A DNA stretch of 64,000 nucleotides from Pseudomonadota bacterium. Lineage in GTDB: Bacteria > Desulfobacterota > Desulfarculia > Desulfarculales > Desulfarculaceae. Position numbers and translations under genes: made by a program. Positions within the stretch are counted from its first letter, which is position 1, and each line of letters begins with the position of its first letter. Below the pieces are notes generated by a model. The model was not told the DNA's origin. It made no database searches and saw only the letters and a list, made by a program, of their open reading frames with translations. The stretch covers positions 1,689-65,688 of the forward strand of contig JAZDHW010000172.1 in the NCBI GenBank assembly GCA_043805555.1, given 5' to 3'. Positions 44,132 through 52,521 of this stretch are shown one piece after another.

Positions 44132-46010
44132 CGGTGACCACCGCGGTTAGGCCCTCGCCGGGCAGGCGGCGCTGATAGGGCCGCCAGCCCGCCCGCTGCT
44201 TGGGCTGGCCGCGCCGGGTGCGCGCGAAAAGCTCCAGGTACTTGGCTACGGCCATGCCCATGCTCTCGCGGGGGACCACTTCCTGGATGCCCCGGATGTC
44301 GCCGAAGTAATCGGGCTTCTCCAGGCACTGGGCCGAGATCGCCACCAGGCTGTCGGCCCGCACCGCGTCCTCCTGCACCTCGAAGCCGCGGGCCTTCATC
44401 ACCCGGGGGCCGGTGAAGATGACCATGGCGCCGGGCTCGGCCAGGCAGACGTCGCCCAGGGCGGCATAGGAGGCGATGGCCCCGCCGGTGGAGGGGTCGC
44501 CCAGGATGGAGATGAAGGGCAGGCCGGCCTGCTTGAGCCGCTCCACCGCAGCCACGGTCTTGTACATCTGCATCAGCGCCACGATGCCCTCATACAGCCG
44601 CGCGCCGCCGGAGCAGCAGACGCTGACCAGGGGCCAGCCCTTGCGCAGGGCGTATTCCACGGCCAGGCGGAACTTTTCGCCGAAAACCACCCCCATGGAG
44701 CCGCCGGCAAAGGCGAACTCGCTGATGGCCAGCACGCAGGGATAGCCCTTGATGGTGGCCTGGGCGGTGACCAGCGACTCGGTGAAGCCGGTGCGCTTCT
44801 TCTGTTTGGTGAGGAAATCGCGGTAGTAGTTGTGGATGTCTTCCTCGTCCAGCAGGTCGTGGACGGTCATGTTGCGGAATAGCTCGTGGAAGGTGCCGGG
44901 ATCGGCCAGGGCGTGGATCCAGCCGGCCGCGTCCAGCACGTGCCGGGACCCGCAGTTGGGGCAGACCTGGTGGTTCTTCAGGTATTCGTCCAGGGGGATC
45001 ATGGCCTCGCAGCCGGGGCCGTTGTCGCCGGTGTGGACGTCCTTGCACAGCACGTAGGCCTGGCCCGGGGTCAGCACGGTGCCGTCGCCGTAGTAGTCGT
45101 CCACGTGGATGGCCCCGGAGGGGGCCTCGATGACCTTGACGTCCGGCGGGGCCTTGTGCAGGGTCTTCAGGGGCTTTTCGATAAAGCGCTTCAGTTCGTA
45201 GAAGCGGCCGCGCTTCATCACGCCCAGGTCCTCGGCCCGCTCGAATCGCTGGAACAGGAGCTTGTCCAGGTTGCGCCGGAAAAGCTCGCGCACGGTCTTG
45301 TCCAGCCAGGCCTCTATGTTCCTGGCCAGGCCGTCGGCGTCGTCCACCTTTTTGGTGGCCGGGATCACCGCCTCCACCACGTTGAAGTGCTTCAGGTCCT
45401 TGGCGGTGGACTTGCTGATGGTCAGGGCGTCCTCGATGCGGCCGGCGTCGCGGAAAATGATGGCGGCCAGCGACTCCGGCGGGGCGGTGGCATAGAGGGC
45501 GTCCTCCACCGCCGCCCGGCGGTCGGCCACCTGCAGGGCCAGGGCCCCGCCCGAGCCGCCCTCGCCCAGCACGATGCTGGCGGTGCGGAGGGGCACGCTC
45601 AGGTAGGCGCGGATCAGGTGGGCGATGAAGAAGGCCTGCAGGCGCAGGGCGCTGTACATGGAGATGTCGGCGCCGAAGGTGTCCACGAACGACAGCAGCA
45701 GGGAGTCCTCATGGGGGCCGGTCTGCTTGAGCCGGCGCAACAGGCCCAGCACCTGGGCGTGCTCGTCGGCGTTGAGCATGCCCCAGTTGAGACGGGCCAC
45801 GGCCTCCGGGCTGCTGAACTGCTCTGGCCGGGGCTTCTGCTGGCCGATCACGTAGACCCGCCGGCCGGCCAGGTGGCCCTCGCCCATGATGAGCGAATCG
45901 CCCACGGCCCCATAGTCGCGAAAATCGGCCAGCAGGCGCTGGATGACGTCGGAGGCCCGGGGCCGGAAGGGATGCCGGGTGCGGGTCTTGAAAACGTCCA
46001 GTAACTTCAA
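44118..46010 (-). CDS. Fused carboxyltransferase (AccA-like N-terminal half, AccD-like C-terminal half with zinc ribbon)
   Basis: The N-terminal half has VLGEGGSGGALAL. The C-terminal half has CPNCGSRHVLD followed by AFAGGSMGVVFGEKF and ...CSGGARLYEG. Confidence 0.85.
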   Translation of the reverse strand: MKLLDVFKTRTRHPFRPRASDVIQRLLADFRDYGAVGDSLIMGEGHLAGRRVYVIGQQKPRPEQFSSPEAVARLNWGMLNADEHAQVLGLLRRLKQTGPHEDSLLLSFVDTFGADISMYSALRLQAFFIAHLIRAYLSVPLRTASIVLGEGGSGGALALQVADRRAAVEDALYATAPPESLAAIIFRDAGRIEDALTISKSTAKDLKHFNVVEAVIPATKKVDDADGLARNIEAWLDKTVRELFRRNLDKLLFQRFERAEDLGVMKRGRFYELKRFIEKPLKTLHKAPPDVKVIEAPSGAIHVDDYYGDGTVLTPGQAYVLCKDVHTGDNGPGCEAMIPLDEYLKNHQVCPNCGSRHVLDAAGWIHALADPGTFHELFRNMTVHDLLDEEDIHNYYRDFLTKQKKRTGFTESLVTAQATIKGYPCVLAISEFAFAGGSMGVVFGEKFRLAVEYALRKGWPLVSVCCSGGARLYEGIVALMQMYKTVAAVERLKQAGLPFISILGDPSTGGAIASYAALGDVCLAEPGAMVIFTGPRVMKARGFEVQEDAVRADSLVAISAQCLEKPDYFGDIRGIQEVVPRESMGMAVAKYLELFARTRRGQPKQRAGWRPYQRRLPGEGLTAVVTDGDA

Positions 46011-46283
46011 GTCGTCACCCCTTTGGTGGGTGGGATGGTCGCCTGGCCTTGCCCCCGCCGCTCTGCGGTCGGGGCGAAAACCGATCCGCGGGAGGGCCCA
46101 AGCCCGCCCGCGATGGTGGGTTAATCCTAGTGGAGGGGGGGCGGGGTGTCAAGCCTACCTGATAGGTGGTATTTGACCCGCAAGTCCCCCGGTTGGCGGG
46201 GAAAGGCCTTGCGCCGGCCAGGGCCCTCTGTTATAAATCCATGCACTGCGCCGCCGGCGCAGTAAGTCCTGTCTTTTCATTGC

Positions 46284-46362
46284 GGTGGCTGTAGCTCAGT
46301 TTGGTTAGAGCGCCAGGTTGTGGCCCTGGAGGCCGTGGGTTCGAGTCCCATCAGCCACCCCA
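46284..46362 (+). tRNA. tRNA-His (anticodon GTG)
   Basis: It has the extra 5' G(-1), the acceptor stem GTGGCTG/CAGCCAC, the anticodon arm CCAGG-TTGTGGC-CCTGG, TTCGAGT in the T loop and an encoded CCA. Confidence 0.9.
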
Positions 46363-46582
46363 CCCGCAGGTCAACCGCTAATTTAGTCTAACGATCCAAA
46401 TCGGGCATCACCTTCGCAGGGCGGCGCTTCATGACGCCGGGCGACGGTTGCGCGCTCGCTGGGCGGCCAGCATGCGAGCTTTGGGCCTCTTTTCCTGCCA
46501 CGCCGTTAGCGCCGCCCGCCAGCGACGATCCCGCGTTTTTCATAGCATCTACCGAGGCGACCGGCCGCCCCTGCCGGCGGCG

Positions 46583-47038
46583 TCAGGCCTGATCCGGCAT
46601 GGCCAGGCGCAGCGGGGTCATGGGCGAGGGCTTGAAGCCGTGGCGGGCGTAGAAGCGCTGGGCCGCGGCGTTGTCGCCGTCGGTGAGCAGGGTGACCCGC
46701 AGGCAGCCCTGGTTGCGGGCCAGGGCCACGGCCTGGCTGAGCAGCCGCGCGCCCAGGCCGCCGCCGCGCACCCGGGCGGTGACGACCATGTCCTCCAACA
46801 GCGCCACCCGGCCGCCCAGGGCGGTGGAGGTGAGGTATTGCAGGCTCACCATGCCGAGCGCCCGGCCGTCGCGGCGGGCCACCAGGATGTGGCCGGCCTC
46901 GGGGTGGGCCAGGATGGCGGCCAGCCCGCGCTCCTGGGCCGCGCGGTCGGGGATGAACTCGGCCTCCTGGCTGAAAAGCTCGCTGAGCAGGTCGCAGAGG
47001 GCCGGGATGTCGGCCGGTTGGGCCAGGCTGATCTCCAT
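46583..47038 (-). CDS. GNAT-family N-acetyltransferase
   Basis: The motif is RVRGGGLGARLLSQAVALAR...RFYARHGF. ATG 47038 is an internal start of the track ORF. Confidence 0.8.
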   Translation of the reverse strand: MEISLAQPADIPALCDLLSELFSQEAEFIPDRAAQERGLAAILAHPEAGHILVARRDGRALGMVSLQYLTSTALGGRVALLEDMVVTARVRGGGLGARLLSQAVALARNQGCLRVTLLTDGDNAAAQRFYARHGFKPSPMTPLRLAMPDQA

Positions 47039-47316
47039 GGCGTCGGTCCCGTGACAAGTGCTGCCGCCGGCTGCGCGCCCGTCCCCCGGCCGGGGCTGCG
47101 GGTGCGCACAAGCCCAGTTTACCGCAAGCCGCCCCGGTCGGGGCCGGACGCAATTAATAGAACCCGCCCAATCATCCAGGTTTAAAATAGGAATTAGCGT
47201 CGGCCGGCCGGGCGGTCCGGCTGGCAGTCCGGGCGGATCTCCGCTAAACAAGCATGCATCCAGGCTGGTTGTTTCTGCCCGGCGCCTTGGGGAAAACGCG
47301 GTTTCGGGAGCTGCCG

Positions 47317-48495
47317 ATGGAAAAAAGCCACATCCCAGGTGCGGTGGCGGTGCGGGTGGCCGAGACCCAGGCCGAGCGCGAGGCCATCTATGCCTTGCGC
47401 TACCAGGTCTATGTCCGGGAGCTCAAAAAGGCCAATGTGGACAACGCCGACCACGCCCAGGGCTGGATCAGGGATCCGGAGGACGACCAGCCCCAGACCA
47501 TCCTGCTCTACAGCGGGCCGCGGGACGCGCCGGCCGGCACCATGCGGCTCAGGGTATGGGCGCAGGGCGAGGTGGACCAGCACACCGCCCAGATCTATTC
47601 CCTGGCCCGCTTCCCGGATCTGAACCGCCAGGCGGTTTTCGAGATATCGCGGCTGATCGTCAGCCCCTCGGTGCGCAGCAGTCCGGTGGCCCCCAGTCTG
47701 TTCGAGGCGGCCTACCGCCTGGCCGTGGGCCGGCGCCACGCCCACATCGGCTTCCTCTACTGCGCGCCCGGCCTGTCGCGGGCCTACCATCGCCTGGGCT
47801 TCCGCGGCTACCAGGGCGAGCTGATCCCCAGCCCGGACGGCCTGCGGGTGCCCATGGTGATGATCGCCGGCGACCTGGAACACTTCCAGAAGGTGGGCAG
47901 CCCGCTCACCCCCCTGGTGCAGGAGCACTTCCCGGCCGGCTCGGACCACCACGCCGACACCACCGACTACCGGTATTTGGTGGAGGGGGCCTTCCATCCC
48001 TATGAGCTGGACCCGGCCGCGGTGTGGCGGGAGATGCAGGAATCCCTGGTGGATAACGAGCGGCCGGCCTCGGTGTTTCTGGACAAGGTGCCGCCCGAGG
48101 CCCTGAAGCGCCTGGCCGACGCGGCCACGGTGATGGAGGCGCCGGCCGGGGCGGTGATCACCCGCGAAAAGCTGGTGGAGGAGGAGATGTTCCTGGTGCT
48201 CTCCGGCGAGTTCCAGGTGCTGCTCAACGGCCAGCGCCTGGTCGTGCTGCGCCCCGGTGACATCGCCGGCGAGCTGGCCCTTTTCCTGCCCAACCACCAG
48301 CGCACCGCCAACATCGAGGCCGTCACCCCCGGCCGCCTGGTGGTCATCGGCCGCAAGTTCATGGCCACCATCAAGAAGGAGAACCCGGCCCTGGCCGCCG
48401 AGCTGCTGGAGAACCTGTGCCGGATCATGGCCAGCCGCCAGGCCGCCACCGACGTGGTCTGCTACGCCACCAAGCCGGCCCCGGACGGCGTCTAG
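47317..48495 (+). CDS. N-acyl amino acid synthase (FeeM)/autoinducer-synthase-like GNAT fused to a cyclic-nucleotide-binding domain
   Basis: The N-terminus is AETQAEREAIYALRYQVYVRELKK...FEISRLIV. The C-terminus is a cNMP beta-barrel with GDIAGELALF...RTANIEA. A GGGAG RBS precedes ATG 47317. Confidence 0.65.
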   Translation: MEKSHIPGAVAVRVAETQAEREAIYALRYQVYVRELKKANVDNADHAQGWIRDPEDDQPQTILLYSGPRDAPAGTMRLRVWAQGEVDQHTAQIYSLARFPDLNRQAVFEISRLIVSPSVRSSPVAPSLFEAAYRLAVGRRHAHIGFLYCAPGLSRAYHRLGFRGYQGELIPSPDGLRVPMVMIAGDLEHFQKVGSPLTPLVQEHFPAGSDHHADTTDYRYLVEGAFHPYELDPAAVWREMQESLVDNERPASVFLDKVPPEALKRLADAATVMEAPAGAVITREKLVEEEMFLVLSGEFQVLLNGQRLVVLRPGDIAGELALFLPNHQRTANIEAVTPGRLVVIGRKFMATIKKENPALAAELLENLCRIMASRQAATDVVCYATKPAPDGV

Positions 48496-48663
48496 TTGCG
48501 TGTCGGAGAAAGCCATTCATGGCTTTCTCCTCTTGGAACTTGCCAAAAGTGAATTTTGGCAAGTTCTCGGAATGGCGCCAAAAATTAATTTGGCGCCATT
48601 CCGGGCGGGCCGTCCATGGCCCGCTCGGAAGCCTGTCGGAGGATTACTCCGACAGGCTTCTAG
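48493..48663 (+). mobile_element. 171-bp MITE-like element, copy C
   Basis: It is near-identical to copies A and B and bounded by CTAG...CTAG. Its first TAG is the stop codon of the upstream gene. Confidence 0.75.
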
Positions 48664-48726
48664 GGCTCGCAACAAACCGGGCGGGCCCGGCGCTCCGGCC
48701 CCGCCCGCCGGCTTAGCTGACGCTGC

Positions 48727-49062
48727 CTAGCAGGAGCAACCGCTGCCGCAGGAGCCGCTGCCGCAGCTCTCGCCCGCGGCCAGGGGATTGGCCGAGGAGA
48801 GCACGAAGCCCTGCTGGTAGCCGTTGTCCAGGTAGTCGATGCTCACTTCGCCACTTTGCGCGGCCAGGCTCGGCTCGATCAGATAGGTCAGGCCGTCCAC
48901 CTCGTACTTCTCATCCCCGTCCTTGGCCTCGTCCAGCACCAGGCGCAGCGAGGAGCCGCAGCATCCGCTGGATTGCACGACGATGCGCAGGGCCGAATCC
49001 AGGCTGCGCTCCTGCATGAACTCCTTGATGTTCTGGCTGGCCGCTTCACTCACCTTGATCAT
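48727..49062 (-). CDS. HesB/IscA-like Fe-S assembly protein, Cys form
   Basis: The sequence contains MIKVSEAASQNIKEFM, RIVVQSSGCCGSSLRLVLDE and the tail CGSGSCGSGCSC. Confidence 0.8.
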   Translation of the reverse strand: MIKVSEAASQNIKEFMQERSLDSALRIVVQSSGCCGSSLRLVLDEAKDGDEKYEVDGLTYLIEPSLAAQSGEVSIDYLDNGYQQGFVLSSANPLAAGESCGSGSCGSGCSC

Positions 49063-49183
49063 AACGCCTCTTCCTTCCTGCCCGGGGGGCTGGTTGCTGT
49101 CTTTCTAGATAATGGTTCCTAAATTTTGAAATGCAAGCTGAGGCCAGGAGTAAGACCGAGGTGTGACGCGGAGCCGGGCCGGG

Positions 49184-49222
49184 CCCAAAAGCAAGGCGGA
49201 GAAGGGCAAGCCCTTCTCCGCC
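49184..49222 (-). terminator. Rho-independent terminator candidate after the Sec-type hesB-like gene
   Basis: The minus strand reads GGCGGAGAAGGGC-tt-GCCCTTCTCCGCC followed by TTGCTTTTGGG. Confidence 0.55.
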
Positions 49223-49241
49223 GGACAGGTCAAGGCCTATA

Positions 49242-49565
49242 TCAACAGGAGCAACCGCTGCCGCAGCTTCCACCGCCACCGCCCAGGGGGTTGGTGGCCG
49301 AGAGTACGAAACCCTGCTGCCAGCCGTTGTCGATGTAATCAACTTTAACCGTGCCGCTTTGGGTGCTCAGTTCCTTGTCGATGAGGTAGGTTAGCCCATC
49401 CACCTCGGTCTTCTCGTCGTTGTCCTTCGGTTCATCCAGAACCAGTCGCAACGAAGGGCCGCTTCAGCCGCCGGACTGCAGGAAGACCCGCAGGGCGGAA
49501 CTGAGCTGCCGCTCCTCCATAAAGGCCTTGATGGCCTTGCTGGCGGAATCGGTCACTTCGATCAT
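49242..49565 (-). CDS. HesB/IscA-like protein with in-frame TGA (putative selenocysteine at codon 34)
   Basis: ATG 49565 opens MIEVTDSASKAIKAFMEERQLSSALRVFLQSGG-TGA-SGPSLRLVLDEPKDNDEK...GGGGGSCGSGCSC. The TGA at 49466-49464 aligns with the first Cys of SSGCCGSS in the paralog. The track only lists the 69-aa part after the TGA. Confidence 0.7.
49424..49457 (-). promoter_or_regulatory. SECIS-like hairpin starting 6 nt after the in-frame UGA
   Basis: The mRNA reads UGAAGCGG-CCUUC-GUUGCGACU-GGUUC-UGGAU-GAACC-GAAGG. This gives two stacked 5-bp helices, a 5' bulge and a G-containing apical loop. Confidence 0.5.
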
Positions 49566-49773
49566 GGTATACGTTCCTTCCTGCACTTAGCGTCGTGCGC
49601 CATTGTTTCCATAAATAATGGCAACGAATCCGCTTCCGGGCAAGTAGCGAGATGCGTTTTTCTGGCGCGTGAGCAAAATATGCCAGGATTTTCGGCAAGG
49701 TCGACCACTTGCCAGGACCGGCGGGCTTTAGTAACATCAGGAGCCGCATAAGTCAACCACAGCGTCGAGGGTC

Positions 49774-52521
49774 ATGTCAGCCTCCAGATCGTCATCTCAG
49801 ACCAGGCCCCGCAACTTCAAGCCGATGCGTGTATCCCGGCCGGGCGGGGCCGTGCGCCTGGATTCCCTGCGCCTGTTGCGCCGGTTCTGGCGCCTGTCCG
49901 ACGACATGTTTTTCCGCCTGGACGTGGCCACCGGCCTTTTCGACCACGTCAGCCCGGCGGTGAGCCGGATCTTCGGCTGGCCCCGGGCCGAGGTGCTGCG
50001 CACCCCCGACTTCCTATTCCAGATAGTCCATCCCGACGACCGCGGGAAGGTGCTGGCCTGGCACCAGGAGTGCCTGCGGGCGGGCCGCATCGACAGCACC
50101 ATGGAGGTGTTCCGCGCCCGCCGCCGGGACGGCCGCGACGTCTACATCCACCACAAGCTGCGCCCCATCTATGACCAGGCCGGCCGCCTGACCCACGTGG
50201 AGGGCATCGCCCGCGACGCCACCGGCCTGGTGGATCTGCGCCTGGAGATGGAGCGCATCCTGGACGCGCTGCCCGGCCTGGTGGTGCGCCTGGACGAGGA
50301 CCTGCGCGTCACCTGGGCCAACCGCCGCTGGCTGTGCCTGTTGGGCCGCGAACTGGCCGACACCCTGGGCCAGGCCGGCGTGCCCCTGATGACCGCGGCC
50401 GAGGGCGCGGTGGATTTGCTGCAGACCCTGGCCAGCCTAGAGCTGGAGCGCCCGGCGGTGAGCCTGTCGCCCCTGGTGTTGCCCGGCCGCGAGGACAAGG
50501 CCATCATCATCTGGCGCTTCGTGGTGCTGGCCAAGGCCGGGGGCGGGCGCGAAATCATCTGCCTGGGCCAGGACGTCACCGACCAGATCTCGGCCCAGGC
50601 CGCCCTGCAGCAGACCAGCCAGGAGCTGGGCAAGGTGGTGAGCCTCCTGGACCGGGCCCCGGTGATGGCCAGCCGCAGCCGCTGGACCCGGGCCCAGCGC
50701 CTGGAGGTGGAGTACGTCAACCGGGGCTGCCTGGCCATATTGGGCTACACGCCCGAGGAGCTCATGAGCGACCCCGGCCTGACCCGGCGCATCCTGCCCG
50801 ATCCCTGGTACCAGCACTACTATGGCCTGGCCGCCAAGTTCCTGGCCACGGCCAAGCCCGGCGACAGCATCACCACCGAGTACGGCTTCGTGCGCAAGGA
50901 CGGCAGTCCGGGCTGGGCCCGGCACACGGCCTGGGTTGCGGACATGGACCTGGACACCCAGGAGCTGGTGGTGGAGGCCTGCATCCACGACATCACGGCC
51001 CTCAAACAGGCCGAGCAGGCCCTGCGCCAGAGCGAGCAGGAATACCGCCAATCCCACGCCCGGTTGCAGGCCTTGATGGAGAACACCAGCGATTTCATGG
51101 TGATAAGCGACAAGGATGGCCGGTCGGAGCATTTCAACACCGCCTACGCGCAGATCATGCGCGAGGCGCTGGGCCTCCAGATGCGCCCCGGCCTCAAGCC
51201 CCACACCCTGCTGCCCTCGGCCGAGGACCGCGACTATTGGGAACACCTTCACCGGCGGGTGCTCTCCGGCGAAAAGTTCCGGGCCGATTTCAGCCTGGAC
51301 ATCGCCGGCCAGGGCCGGCGCTATTTTGACGCATCCTTCTCGCCCATCATGGAGGACGGCGAGGTCAAGGGCTTTTGCGAGATCACCAGCGACATCACCG
51401 CCCACAAGCTGGCCGAGCAGACCCTGCGCCAGATGACGGCCGGCATGGCCCACAATTTCAACAACCTGCTGGCCGCGGTGCTGGGCAACGCCCAGGCGGT
51501 GCAGCAGATGTTCTACGAGCATCGCCTGGAGTCGGCCCAGGCCGCGGAGCTGATGGCCAACGTGGTGGAGAGCGCCCGGGCCGGGGTGCAACTGGTGCAG
51601 CGCCTGGCCGCCTGCGCCGCCACCCGGGCCGAGCCGGACCAGCAGGCCGCCCAGGCGGTGGACGCGGTGGAGATCGCCGAGCGCGCCCTGTGCATCGCCA
51701 GCCGGGCCTGGCCGGGCCAGGCGGCGGCCGGGCTGCGCCTGGAGACCCAGGTGCAGGGGCCGTTCTGGGTGCGGGCCCATCCCGGCGCGTTGCTGGAGGT
51801 GTTCCTGAACCTGGCCAAGAACGCCCTGGAGGCCATGGCCGGCTGCGGGGTGCTGATCGTGGAGGGCGAGGCCGGCGCGGACTGGGTCCGGCTGAGCTTC
51901 AGCGACAACGGCCCCGGCATGGACGCCGAGATCGCCCATCGCGCCTTCGAGCCCTTTTTCAGCACCAAGCAGGGCTCGGGCCTGGGCCTGCCCAGCAGCC
52001 GCGGTATCCTGCGCTCCCTGGGGGGGGACCTGGTGCTGCGCACGCTGCCGGGCCGGGGCTGCGAGGCGGTGGTGACCCTGCCCCTGGCCCGCCCGCCCCG
52101 CCCTGCCGCCGCCCCGCCCGCCCCGGCCAAGGCCCGCGGCGAACGGGTGCTCTTGCTGGAGGACGAGGCCCTGGTGGCGCTGGGCATCGAGGCCATGCTG
52201 AGCGCGGCCGGCTACCGCCTGCGCTGGTCCACCCGCCTGGAGGAGGCCCTGGCCGTGCTGGAGGAGTTCGCCCCCCAGGCCGTGATCTGCGACCTGGGCC
52301 TGCCCGACGGCAACGGCTGGGACCTGGCCCGGGCCGCGGCCCGCCTGCCCCGGCGGCCGGCCATCATCCTGCTCACCGGCTGGGGCAGGGAGCAGGCCGA
52401 CGCCTGGGCCGGCGACGACCCGGTGGAGCTGGACGCGGTGCTGCACAAGCCGGTGGAGCACAGCCTGCTGTTGAACACCCTGGCCCAGACCCTGCAACGC
52501 CGCCAGCCGATCGCCTGCTGA
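49774..52521 (+). CDS. Multi-PAS hybrid sensor histidine kinase with a C-terminal receiver
   Basis: Several PAS-like modules are present, along with the H-box MTAGMAHNFNNLL, HATPase motifs (DNGPGM, GSGLGL) and a REC domain (VLLLEDE...VICDLGLPDG...HKP). The start is uncertain. Confidence 0.85.
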   Translation: MSASRSSSQTRPRNFKPMRVSRPGGAVRLDSLRLLRRFWRLSDDMFFRLDVATGLFDHVSPAVSRIFGWPRAEVLRTPDFLFQIVHPDDRGKVLAWHQECLRAGRIDSTMEVFRARRRDGRDVYIHHKLRPIYDQAGRLTHVEGIARDATGLVDLRLEMERILDALPGLVVRLDEDLRVTWANRRWLCLLGRELADTLGQAGVPLMTAAEGAVDLLQTLASLELERPAVSLSPLVLPGREDKAIIIWRFVVLAKAGGGREIICLGQDVTDQISAQAALQQTSQELGKVVSLLDRAPVMASRSRWTRAQRLEVEYVNRGCLAILGYTPEELMSDPGLTRRILPDPWYQHYYGLAAKFLATAKPGDSITTEYGFVRKDGSPGWARHTAWVADMDLDTQELVVEACIHDITALKQAEQALRQSEQEYRQSHARLQALMENTSDFMVISDKDGRSEHFNTAYAQIMREALGLQMRPGLKPHTLLPSAEDRDYWEHLHRRVLSGEKFRADFSLDIAGQGRRYFDASFSPIMEDGEVKGFCEITSDITAHKLAEQTLRQMTAGMAHNFNNLLAAVLGNAQAVQQMFYEHRLESAQAAELMANVVESARAGVQLVQRLAACAATRAEPDQQAAQAVDAVEIAERALCIASRAWPGQAAAGLRLETQVQGPFWVRAHPGALLEVFLNLAKNALEAMAGCGVLIVEGEAGADWVRLSFSDNGPGMDAEIAHRAFEPFFSTKQGSGLGLPSSRGILRSLGGDLVLRTLPGRGCEAVVTLPLARPPRPAAAPPAPAKARGERVLLLEDEALVALGIEAMLSAAGYRLRWSTRLEEALAVLEEFAPQAVICDLGLPDGNGWDLARAAARLPRRPAIILLTGWGREQADAWAGDDPVELDAVLHKPVEHSLLLNTLAQTLQRRQPIAC

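Noticed and set aside
37557-48663. Possible CRISPR array, suggested by the recurring 171-bp repeats and short hairpins
   Set aside because: The repeats are far longer than CRISPR repeats and irregularly spaced, from hundreds of bp to 10 kb. They are separated by ordinary genes, and no cas genes are present.
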